Of a stretch of DNA of 64,000 nucleotides, positions 12,570 through 24,080 are shown one piece after another. Source of the DNA: Chara braunii. Its lineage: Eukaryota; Plantae; Charophyceae. The notes beneath the pieces are model-generated. The model did not search any database, had not been told where the DNA came from, and saw nothing but the letters and a program-made list of their open reading frames with translations. Position 1 is the stretch's first letter, and each line of letters starts with the position of its first letter. The stretch covers positions 1,442,394-1,506,393 of the forward strand of contig BFEA01000025.1 in the NCBI GenBank assembly GCA_003427395.1, in the 5' to 3' direction. The translations under genes and the position numbers were made by a program.

Positions 12570-13680
12570 GTCCCGACCTGTCATGGTCCGTTAGCTAGGG
12601 GAGCTGCCGTCGTTGGCCCGTTGGGGCTGCTCCTATCTGTACTTGCCGCTGGGGGCAGTCTCTTGCTATATGGCCGGCCTGGTGACACGCGTAACACGTG
12701 TCTATTCTGGGTGCGGTACTTACACCAGCTTCCGTCGCTGCTGCCGCAGCAGATGCTCCGACAGGAAGGGGGGTAGCGCGGACATTAATGGGGTGCATGG
12801 AGCGCATTAGCGACTCCATTCGGGTATTGTACCCACGTTGTTCCTTCTTGCTTTTCTGCAGGAGGCTTACTAACGTGTGTGCGAGCTCTAATATCGCGTT
12901 CGAATCATCTGCCTTTGTTGTCGGGGCAGGTGTTCAAACAGGTACTCTTGCCACTGAGGGTCTTGCACTTTGATCGAGAGGAGGCCGTTGGGTTGCCAAT
13001 AACAGGTAGGTTACGGTGCCCGATACAAAGCCCATGTTTTCGAATTTGTGCTGGAGTGCTGCTAATTCCATTTTTTTTCTAGTTAGTTCCGAAGACTCTC
13101 CTTCCTTAGCGTGGTCTTCCCCTTCGAGGAAGCTAGCGGCAAACTTCCTTTCCATTTCCTTAGTCGCGTCCATAATCTGCGTCATACTAAAGGTGATGGG
13201 GGAAAACTGCTTTCGCAGTTTGACCCGTATTACTCTACTTCTGAGTCCGTCTATAAAGAAGTTTTTTCCTATTTTTTCGTCCCTCTGGGATTTTACGAAT
13301 AACTTGTAGAATCTGCTGCGGTACTCTGTGATGGACTCGAGGGGCTTCTGCACTCGGTCCTTAATCTTGAAGAACGCTTGCTCGTGGTGAATGTAATCGA
13401 ATTTGTGGAGGAAGTCTCTTTGAAAGGTAGGGATATCAACCCATACATAGGTACTAAACCAATGGTGGGCGTCGCCCCCTAACCGGGCCAGAATATTGAT
13501 CCTGGCTTCATCGTCGTCGTCTTGTTGTGCTCGGAGTGTGGCAAGCTATGCTCCTGCCAAATGATGCGTAGGATCAAACAAATATAGATCCGGTGGAGCT
13601 ACTGGTGCGCGGATATGTGCCGGTTGTGGAGGCGCGAGGTCAGCAGGGTTCACTGCCCCTTGTGCCTGATTAGCATTCAT
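12570..13680 (-). pseudogene. gag: Gypsy gag (capsid-like region plus CCHC knuckle), interrupted
   Basis: ORF 12934-13353 (QKPLESITEYRSRF..FIDGLRS) and ORF 12595-12819 with CYACHQAGHIARDC. Confidence 0.85.
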
Positions 13681-13835
13681 GTCGTTGGCAAGTCTGCCTG
13701 TAGACCTGCTCCATGTTACTACGGGCTCACGTGCCGGCACGTTTCTCTGCGCGGACCGTCCTCTTCTCAGGATCGCCAGATCGGTTGAACTACAGAGCCG
13801 AGCCCCTTGTCAATCTCTTGTCTTGACAAGTGTCG

Positions 13836-13848
13836 ATTCTGATACCAA
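13836..13848 (-). promoter_or_regulatory. Primer binding site (tRNA-iMet type)
   Basis: Minus strand reads TGGTATCAGAATC immediately inside the 5' LTR (canonical TGGTATCAGAGC). Confidence 0.85.
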
Positions 13849-15264
13849 CCTTACACCCAACGCGACTTCCTGTTTCAGAGTGTTAGCGGGCTTGGAAGTG
13901 CGAATAGGGGTGTGTCAAGGATTTTAGGAAAGTGGGGATGGAGTCCCAGGTCAGAACTTGAATCTCCGGCGTCAAGTTTCTGGGGTAGGAGTGCAAGAGT
14001 CTCGTTTTTTAACTCAGAATCGGGGCGATCGCCGATCTTGCGGCCTAGGCCGGGGACATATCCGATGTACAGGGGGAACGCTATGAGTATCTCTCTGAGA
14101 GCGCATGTACCACCGTCGGCCAATGCACGTATCAGAGTCTGATGAGGACGGTCGTAGTCGGAGACTGTGTTCTCGAAGCTTTGCTTCGGAGCGGGGTTGT
14201 CGGATGACCCCTGCTTCCCGATACTCGTTGTATTGCTCGCACACCGGGCACGGTGTGCAGGGCCTGTAATGAGCTATGGAGTCCCACGGAACAACCGTTA
14301 GGTGATGATACGGGAGAAGGATATAATAGGGAGGAAAATGGGTAGTAATTGCGACGAAGCCTGGGGTTAGATAATACTGTCTATTGTGGGTTACGGGATA
14401 ACCCTGAATCCGAGAATCCTGATTTATGGCCCACTGGAAATCGCCCCGCACAGTCGATCGTTCTCAATCTGACAGGGGTAGTCAGGATTACGTGAGTTTC
14501 GTTGTCGCCTAAGCTGTTCCCTCTCCCAATACGTTCGATACTCTAAGTTCCTTAGGCTCTCGCGGTCGGTGACCCAAAAGGGAGTTTTCACCGCCATATC
14601 CTACTCAATGGACGGTAATTACATTCATTTCCTGACGAAGCGATATCGCAACTGAGCTTATGCAGACGCACGTGTATGTTGCAGACTCCGCTGCCGGACT
14701 TGCTGTTATACACGGGCGCTTGCGTAGGCAGACTACTCAGATCCTATCTTATCGCACGGATAAGCCGGTGGTAGTCGCTTTTGTCCGTGTGTCGGTCTAT
14801 CCCGTATCATCCGTATGCATGTAATTATCCTTCTCATGCAACCATCATCATTCCAAGTGAGATCCAATCATTACATACGTGTCCATACCATCATGTAGCA
14901 AAGAAGCGATTGTCCAGCATTAAGGACCAATACATCAGATCATTCCTGTAATCATGCATGAACTAAGAGTAAGCGGTTAGGCAAGGCATGCACATCGGGT
15001 GTATCCGGCCCGATCCAGGGGAGCCGAAACCTCGCGGATCGTTGTGCACGTAGCGCAAATGGCTTAACAAAACAAAATTGGAAATCAGAAACAACTCGGG
15101 AAAGGAGACACGAGTTCGTTCATAAGCATGCATACATACATACAAAATAGAAAATCCGAGATGATTGACAAAGAAATCCGAAACTACCGCAACAAAGTTG
15201 GCCAACGTTGGAGTCAAAATTTCACAGAAGGTGGGAAAAGAGGCATTGCTCCACCATATCCCCG

Positions 15265-15344
<80 letters not shown>

Positions 15345-15345
15345 N

Positions 15346-15435
<90 letters not shown>

Positions 15436-16379
15436 GACTCTCTCTTTGCACCTTTCTGGTGTGGGCAGTCCGTCGCCCTGCACCTCCAAACCATACAGAG
15501 TCGTCACCCCGCTTGGCCTGAGCATGCAAGCCAGGCTCGCCCACATGCCACAGTCCTTCGCGGCCACGCGTCAACCCCGCATATCCAGCACCGCGCTAAC
15601 TCCCAAGTAGATTAGAGAGCTAATTAATCGCGCTTGCAGAATTTATAGCTTGTGCATCTGCGCGCAATAATCGGGATTCGGGATTGCCAGAGAGGAATAG
15701 GAGAAAGGAAGGAGGTAGTGCGTACGGCTGCATGGCTGGGTCACAGCATGGGGGACGTAGCCTCACTCCACGCCTCGATCCAGAATGCACCGATCTGGCC
15801 AATGAGATAAAGAAGTGAGAGCGCACGCAGCAACGGGGGAAAGAATATCAAGAAAGGAGAGATTACAGTTACATGTGCGTGGGCAAAGAAAGAGCAAGAA
15901 GAGATTACAGTTGAGATTGGAATTAAAGCACAGCCGGAACTCACTGCAGGCCCAGGCACAACAAAGCGCGCGCAAGCAAGAAGCAATGTGCAGTTACAGG
16001 CAAAAATTACGAGGCACCGAATTTCCTAGTATAATAAAGATCCTAATTGCAAAAAGGAATTCCGAGAACCTGCGCGGGCTCATCCCCAATTCAAGAATTC
16101 CGAAGGAATTCCCTGCGCAATTGCCATGCCAAAAAGACGGACTTCTGTCAAAAAAGAAAGAAAAGAAAGAAAAAGGACATAGCAGACATTGTTCCCCGGC
16201 GCTCACAAAGGCGCGAGCCAACTTCCCCGAAGTTCCTAACCACCGCCTCCCTTCTGTCGAGGGACCAAGAAGAAAACCAACAACGAGGGACTGCCATGCA
16301 ATTTATCCCGGACCCCCTCCATGTACCCCCGATCCCAGTTGCGCAGAAGATGGCGCTTATCAGAAAAGAGCTCGTCACA
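13849..16379 (-). repeat. 5' LTR of the Gypsy element (inner ~10 bp missing)
   Basis: Colinear with 2614-5062; ends GAGCTCGTCACA followed by TSD GCCT. Confidence 0.9.
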
Positions 16380-18378
16380 GCCTTGGCTCTTTACTTGGCT
16401 CATGGCCCTTTGGCCTTTCTTATGTCGCACTCCGGTGGCCCCCTTGGCCTCGTGTTCCGTTCTCTCGTGCCGGTGCCCCGACACTATTTTCTTGACCTCC
16501 TCGACTTCTTTCTTTCTGTGGCGCGCAGCCGAGGCCATTATTTTTCCCGGCGGTCCTTCTTCTTTCGGGAAGAAGGGCCGCCTTTATTATTCTCTTGCGT
16601 ACTAATTTCTTCTTGGTCCGGTGGTTCCGGCGGCCCAGGGCATTCTCTAGGCCCCTAGGTGCCGGCACTTATGCCTTAGCCTTCCATCCTTCATATCTCT
16701 CTTTCCTCATGTTTCTCTGCTGTGCACAATCCTGCCGTATACCACCTCTCAAGGTTCAGGACTTGTTTCGGGACCCGCTGGGGGGCGAATTCGGGATCTG
16801 ATTCAGCAGGAAGGAGTGAAACATCCCTATGACAACATTGACAAGTGATGGGTGACCTGCCTCATCCACAAATTTCATCTTTCCTTTTTTTTTTTTTTTT
16901 TTTTTTTTTTCTGGATATTCATCCTGCTGGCTATTCAAACCTGGGCCTGTAAGAGCAGCCCCTTTCACAACTCACAGATCACATGGAAACATTGAATTGT
17001 GAGATTACATTTTAAATATGCTTTATAGGGAATCCTATGCTGAACCCGATTTCCAGCAGGTGCTGCTCCCCACCAATAGATGGAGCCATCCCGGCACTGC
17101 TAGCGGTGTCTGATCATATCAGCATTCCTAGCAGAAGCTCGGGCTGTTTCTTCCAAAAAAAAAAAAAAAAAAAAAAAAAGAGCAGCCCCCCGTAGCAGGC
17201 CCCCATGAGGGCTCCTGTCTATTGGTGGGGAGCACCACCTGCTGGAAACCAGGCCCGTCTAAAAAAAAAAAAAAAAAAAGACTCAGTAGGCTCTAAGAGG
17301 GACGGTGATATGAGCATCCCCCTCTACTATTGCCCATTCAGGTCACTCCATCTATTGGTGGGGAGCTGCACCTGCTGGAAACCATCCAGCGTCCCTCTTT
17401 GTACATTGTGCCCATATAGGTTGATCTTGGACCTCTTCACCCGGAGATGGGCGCCATACCTCTCTATCTTTCCTAGCCAAGAGACCCCCCATAGCCCAAG
17501 CCCTGAGGTTATCCTTATTCACCATGACCAAACCAAAATCTGGGGACTGGGTGAGGGGGAAAAGGATCAGAGAAATCCAATAAAGGGCGTATCGGGATGG
17601 AAGAATCCACAAGAATCCACAGCTGACAAGTCTCCGAATACCAATCTGTACTCTCTTACAAACTCTTCATTGTCTTCTGACTCTTCTCCAGGTTCTCCTA
17701 TTACCCCTTCCCAAGTTCCCACACAACCCTTCCCACAAGTTCCCAGTCTTCCTCCCTGGTGACCACCATGCCAGCAGCGACTGAAGTTCTGATTCAGACG
17801 ATGTTTCATCCACCTACTAGTTGACACTCTATCCTTGACAGTAATTCTTGGGCGAAGCATGCGGTAGGCTAAGGTAGATTTCAGGGTTAAGATGTGTAGT
17901 GCTCGATCGTAAGAGGTACCTTTCCTCTCTTGTGAGCTCCATATCCTGGTGGTTGCAACAAGGGCCAAGTCTAGAATGAGAGTAGTTGGACTAAAAGCTA
18001 ACCAATGGCATGTATAATTCTTGTAGTGCAAGATGCAGTTTGCAATTGCACTTTGGGGACCCTACCTGGCCAGAAAGCTGGGTTGCATACACTGCCCATT
18101 GCCCAAACTGCAATTCGAAACAGTTAGTACTGTATCTTGGCCCATACTGCAATTATAACGCATTTGTGTGACTCCCGCATAGTTTCGCCTTGTTTTTAAT
18201 ACCCGGATTCTGAATATTCGGTTGGCTTTCACACATCTTACCTTCCTCTGCTGATCAGGGACAACCGTAGTGTCATGTGCTAGATTGAACAAAGACACTA
18301 GGATGTCACCATTTGTAAATTTATCCAGCATGGATACAACCTACCATCTAAGTCAGATCAGAAAAAAACTATTCAGTC

Positions 18379-18463
18379 ATTGACCATGAGTTTTGACCAC
18401 GAGTTTTGACCATGAGTTTTGACCATGAGTTTTGACCATGAGTTTTGACCATGAGTTTTGACC
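18379..18463. repeat. 14-bp minisatellite (TTGACCATGAGTTT) x~6
   Basis: Direct tandem copies visible. Confidence 0.9.
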
Positions 18464-20499
18464 AATTTCGAGGAACACCAAATGAACTGCAGTGGTATTC
18501 TGACCGAATATTCATGCAGTCAGAGTTTTCAATTTTGTAATGCAGTAGTAAAATCCGGACGCATGGCTGTTCGGTCAGTATAAGCGATTTCCCTTCCATG
18601 ATCTACCCCAGTTCGATCTCCTTGTTTTCCTCCTCATCGTCCGTCCTCAGAACTTCTCTTCCTCATGTTGTTCTCTGAACTTTTCTCCAGGACCTCTCCC
18701 CCACCTTCCTCCTCCTTCCCTCTTTTTTTTCAAGTCCATCCCCACCTTCCTCCTCTTTCCGTTTTTTTCAAGTGCGTCTCTCCTGCTGCCTGCACCTTTT
18801 ACCTTTTGCCCGCCATCCGACTATACCCCGCATGCCCTTCCCATCCATAGCTTCGTAGTAATGTTTCGACCGAATACTCATTCGATTGTACGTTTCCAAA
18901 ATAAGCGAAACTCCAACGCACCGCATGTCCAGTTAATTACCTGGAGGCTGGAGCCTGGAGGTAAGGGGCACCCCTTCCATTCCTTAGGTGCTGTCCTGGG
19001 GAAGGGGTGAAGTTCTCTCCTGCCAACAAGAGACATGGTGGGCCCTGCCTCCCAAGGTTGGGCCTCTAAGTTCGAAACGGTCGGGCGAGTGGGGCAAGCA
19101 AGCAATCAACATTCGGCACGCCTGAGGTCCGTCTCCTGCTTGTTGTTCGTTGCTCCTCCCCCCGCCCTTCTGCTCTTTCCAATCAAGAATCATGCCAGCA
19201 GTGTGATCTGGACTCAGTGGACTGGCGCCCTCAGAAGCCGCACGCACAGGCTGGCCAGCTTCCTCCGTACCGGCGTACCCTCCTCCTTCAGCCTCTTGTT
19301 CCAACTTCATACTTCTAATTTTTTTCTTCTTCTTTTTTTTTCCCCCAACTTCATACTAAGTGTTGCTGGCGATAAACAACTGGAGCCAGTGTGTGTGCCG
19401 CCCCCGAGAACAGAAGGTGGCCTCAGCTGGGGGTGTGTACTATGTGTTGTGTGTCTTTTTTTTTAAAGAAAAAAGACATCATGGGGGGTGGATCACTTGC
19501 GAGCTGTAAATGAAATCATTAAAATGGTTTATCACTGAGCCAGGGAAGCACTGCCAGTGTCCAGCTCCTGACCAAGGAGATGTTAATTAAAATTAAATGG
19601 TGCCTTGCAGAGCAACCAAGCAAGACGTTTTCCTGTAGTGCACCAAGGAAACACATTGGGTGGGGGTACCTGCAGCCCGACAGCGAATTTCAAGGGTGTT
19701 TGTGTATTGGCCCCTATCATGGCAGCTAGGAAGTATATACTATATATTATAGCAATCACACTAAGAGTATAAATGAAAGGAGTGAAATAAAGATAAACAG
19801 TAGCTTCTGGAAAGATTGGTATTGAAAATCTTAAAAAAAAACTTAAGTTCCCAATTTTAAGAGAATTTCTATAGATCACTGGCAATCGCAATTTTCTGCA
19901 TCTTTCGAAAAAATGAAGTCCAGATTCAGGAATTAAATGCAATACGTTATGCGAATGGGGAGCAGGCGTTAGGAATGATACGAGGTCTGGCCGCACTGCT
20001 CACCAAAATTTAATGTCAAAGGCAAAAAACAAATTGTAGCGTGTGTATCTTTCCAGGTTCTAGCAGGAAATTCATGTCGAATTTGGACATTAAATTTTGG
20101 TGAATGGTGCCGCGACGACCATGCGATTGGATGCTCAGTCGTTCGGCGTGAGGAGGGAGCATCTCTAAGGACAGTGGGTGGCGGGTGGGTTCCTCTCCTC
20201 CCGCCAGCGCACTACCTGCTGGATATGACGGGACATGTGCCCTGGGACACACCATGTCCCACTGGAACCAGCTCACCCTTGGTACCCATATTGGAGCCCC
20301 CGACCAATTACATGGACTCTTTGATTTCGGGCCATAAAATAAATTGCGAAGATCAGTGGACGGGAACTGGAACTCAGGATGGGTGGGACCTCGTGCGGGA
20401 CATTTCCGTTAGAACCGGTGCCAATAAGGGCGGCACCATCCGGGCTGGAGTTATCACAACACACACCGCATGCTGGACTACCATATAGACGAAGCTTCC

Positions 20500-20566
<67 letters not shown>

Positions 20567-20765
20567 AGACGAAGCATCAAGACTTAGTAGCATTTACATT
20601 TTCAATTTTTCAATCAATTGTCAATGATTTGGATTGAAGGAAAACAAAACAAAGAGTTGCAGAGACCGTTCGGCGCCGCGCTAAAAATAGACAAGCAAGC
20701 ACGTCCCGTTGGGTGAAGTCCCACTTGGTCCCACCGCGAGTCCCGTCCAGGCAAGGTTCCGAAGT

Positions 20766-20822
<57 letters not shown>

Positions 20823-21051
20823 GCTGGCTTTCGCGCATATCGCCGCGAACTCAAGGCGGCAGTCACAGGCCGGGGACTTCTTCGACTGAGTGAGTATATG
20901 GGCTCGATTGCGACTACGTGCATGCTCATAATCTTTCTCCTCTAGATTGGAGCCATCACGAAGTGGGACATCACCAAGCGAGAAGGGGAATTGCTCATTT
21001 CGTTCCGAGTAATGAGACCCCGAAAATGATGGGTTCTTTCCAAAAGATTTT

Positions 21052-22356
21052 TTTTTTTTTTTTTTTTAATTTTTTTTTTTGAGAAGAAGTTGTACTGTAT
21101 TTCAAACGAATGGCCGAGGCCGGGGACCTCACAATTCAACCCGGAAGTAGCATATCACCGGCTGGAAACCGGGTCCAGCGTCCCACTACCTCGCCACTCT
21201 CATAGCATACTGCTTCTCAAACTCAACCTTGAAGCGCAGAAAAGGTGGCCAACGGGCCCTTCCACAGAGAACTCGTTCAAATTCGGAAAAAAACGTCTGT
21301 GAATCTGGCTATCAGCCATGTCATTGAAAAACTAGCCTTATACGACCGACATACTATTTCACGCTACTTGTTACAGCTGCATACACCTGGGCTCCTACTA
21401 TCTATCACCTTACTACTCCCTATTCTATTACACAGGCCTAAATTGGCCTGGGACCGGTCTATACGACGGGTGGAACCAACGTTCCACGTCACCGTGGCAC
21501 TCTCCACCCTCCTCCCCTGATTGACCTACTGTGGTCTGAACATAGAACCGAGTAGCCTGTCCCTGGCTACCCGGCCTACCTAAACTGGACTCGGCCTGTC
21601 CCTGAAGTTTAGCTTAGCCAGGTTCTGCTAAGCTAAACTACTGTCCTACCTAGACTGGACTCGGCCTGTCCCTGGCTACCTGTCCCACCAGAGGGAGAAC
21701 TTCAGCCGGTTGTCTGCGGTAACTTGCAGCACTGCATCGTTCTGGCCCCAGGTTTCTTTGAACCACTGTGTTCCTGAGATGTTCCTGCCATTGCCCGCCT
21801 TCCTCCTCCAATCCGCCAGCACCTCATTCCTCAGCTGCATTCTGAAAAGCTTCTCCGCCTTAGCCTCTGGAAGGCAGCTGCCTTTGAAGCTGGCTTCATT
21901 GCGGTCCGCCCAGATCACCCAGAGTAAGACTGTAATGGCTTTCATAAACAGATTGAGTGCTACTAGTAGATATAGCTAAACACAGCCGCCTTCCTCCTCC
22001 TCTTTGAAACTGCTTTTTGTACCTAGAACAGCCCACCTCTCTCCTGTCAAGTCCCTCCTGCCTGACCACAACATCAAATGAGCGATCCACCAGTCCCACC
22101 ATCTTCTGGACTTGGGGCACGCCCACCAGAGGTGGTGCATTGTTTCGAATACCCAGTTGCACCTGTCACAAGCCTCCTTAACCCACATTCCCCTTTTCCT
22201 CAGCCATCTCGCTGTTGGGACGGCCTGGTGCGATTGCAGCCATAGCAGCGACGCTAGTTTCTGAGATGGGATTAATGTAAGCTGCTCCCAGAGCTTTTGC
22301 AACTCCTTGGTACTCGCGCGTTCCAGATGAGGCAGCGAGGAATCCCATTTCCTTTT
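21052..22356 (-). mobile_element. 5'-truncated LINE: zf-RVT C-terminus, 3' UTR and poly(A)
   Basis: ORFs 21976-22359 (CDRCNWVFETMHHLWWACP) and 21676-21945 (LWVIWADRNE); poly-T at 21048-21080; TSD CAAAAGATTTT at 21041-21051 and 22357-22367. Confidence 0.88.
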
Positions 22357-23969
22357 CAAAAGATTTTAAAAGACCTCGTCTCGCGTAGTCAGCCCTAAAA
22401 AGGATGGAAACGAAAAAAAAAAAAAGACATGACAGATGGGATATAATTCGAATGGTACCGTGTTCTCCTTTTCAATTCTTCCGCCCCCCCCCCCCCCTCC
22501 CCCCCCCTCCCTTTTTCTTTCCCTATCCGACATCGTCTTATGTCCATCCCCATAGCTGTTCCGTTAGTCTCGAGTTGATTCGGCCCGCCTCATTCCGTTA
22601 ATCTCACACATTTTTTTCTTTCTTTTTCTCGCCTCATTCCGTTAGACCCACAGATTACATCTCACACGCATTGGTCGAAGCTTTGAAAAGGAAAAGGAAG
22701 TAATTAAGAGAGAAAACTACGGCGCAGTCACGAAAGCAGTTCGTAAAAAAAAAAAAAAAAAAAAAAAGAAAAGAAGAAGCAGTTTGTAATTGCATTTGAA
22801 ACTGCGTTTTAGCCTTTTTTTTTTTTTTTTTTTTCAATTCTGTATCTTTGAATCGAATACTGAAGTCGAGGCCGGGGACCTCACAATTCTACCCGGGTAC
22901 TGAGGCCAACGCTCTGCAGCTTAGGTTTGTGCAGGAAAACAGGTCCAGCATCCTAGTATCTAGCTACCGTCTTCACCCGAATAGAACGCCCGGTCACTAT
23001 AGCTGTATCTGATGCAACTTTCAGTCCAGATACGTCCATCATTACCGGGCGTTCTATTCGCGTGAAGACGGTAGTTCCTGTCACTTAGCAATACTTGTGA
23101 AGGCAAGGGTGTGCAGGTTGCTGGAAAGCAGCAGGTCCAGCGTCCTTGTTCTACAGACAAAATTAAGCGTCTCAGCCCGAGTTTCAACTGCATTTGAAAC
23201 TGGGGCCCTGACTTTTAAAAAAACCGCTAAAAAAAAAACGCAGTTTGAAATGCAATTACAAACTGCTTTCTTGACGGCGCCCTACAGTCTTCCCCCGAAT
23301 AGAATACAGCGCACGGTCATTATTGCCGAATTTGGTGCATCTTTCGGTCTAAATTCAGCTATAATGACCCTACGTTGTTGTCTACGGCGCCCTAGTAGTT
23401 AATTCTAATTAAAAATATGGGGGTAACTAGGGCGACGAAAGCAGTTTCTAAATGAATGATGAAAAAAAAGCAGTTTCTAAATGCATTTCAAATTGCATTT
23501 TAGCGGTTTTTTTAGTCAGGGCCCGAGTTTCAAATGCAGCAGAAAAAAGTGGCAGAGTTTGTAACTGCAGTTCAGTCACGCACGTGGCCGTTTTTTGTTT
23601 TTTCTTTGTGTGTGTGTGTGTGTTAGCCCCCCCCACCCCCTCCCTTTCTCTGGGGTGTGGCCAAGCCATTCGAAGAGATTACAAAAAAATGAAAACAGCA
23701 TCTCGTCGTGTGGCTGGACCATGGCCGAAATGCCTCAGCCACACCCTGGGGGGGAAAAAAAAAAAAAAAAAAAAAAATCAACCACGTGCCTGACTGGACT
23801 GCAGTTACATACAAACTCCCCGGTGCTACTTTTCTGCAAAGCAGATTTTTCACCTGCATTTTAAACTCGGGCCCTGACTAGACTGCAGAACCCCTCACTG
23901 TCACAGTGTTCCGAATGCGTTTTGAATTTCTTGAAACTCAAATTTTGAAACTCAAACCATGGCCGCACC

Positions 23970-24080
23970 CTACCTTCTTCCCCCGAATACAACGTACGGT
24001 CATTATAGCTGTATGTAGACTGAAAGATGCCCCAAATACAGCTATAATGACCGTACGTTGTATTCGGGGGAAGAAGGTAG
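23970..24080. mobile_element. Foldback MITE family A (~110 bp)
   Basis: Perfect 45-bp inverted arms (CTACCTTCTTCCCCCGAATACAAC...); related copies at ~22964-23074, 23282-23380, 36409-36520, 38960-39071, 47148-47254, 47980-48092. Confidence 0.8.

Larger units (their letters stand above)
2614..16379 (-). mobile_element. Ty3/Gypsy LTR retrotransposon, full length but decayed
   Basis: Paired ~2.5-kb LTRs with outer termini TGTGACG...CGTCACA; 4-bp TSD GCCT (2610-2613, 16380-16383); PBS; domain order gag-PR-RT-RH-(PHD)-INT on the minus strand. Confidence 0.95.

Noticed and set aside
17400-20480. Possible host-gene exons or transposase remnants
   Set aside because: Short ORFs with no recognisable motif or consistent exon structure
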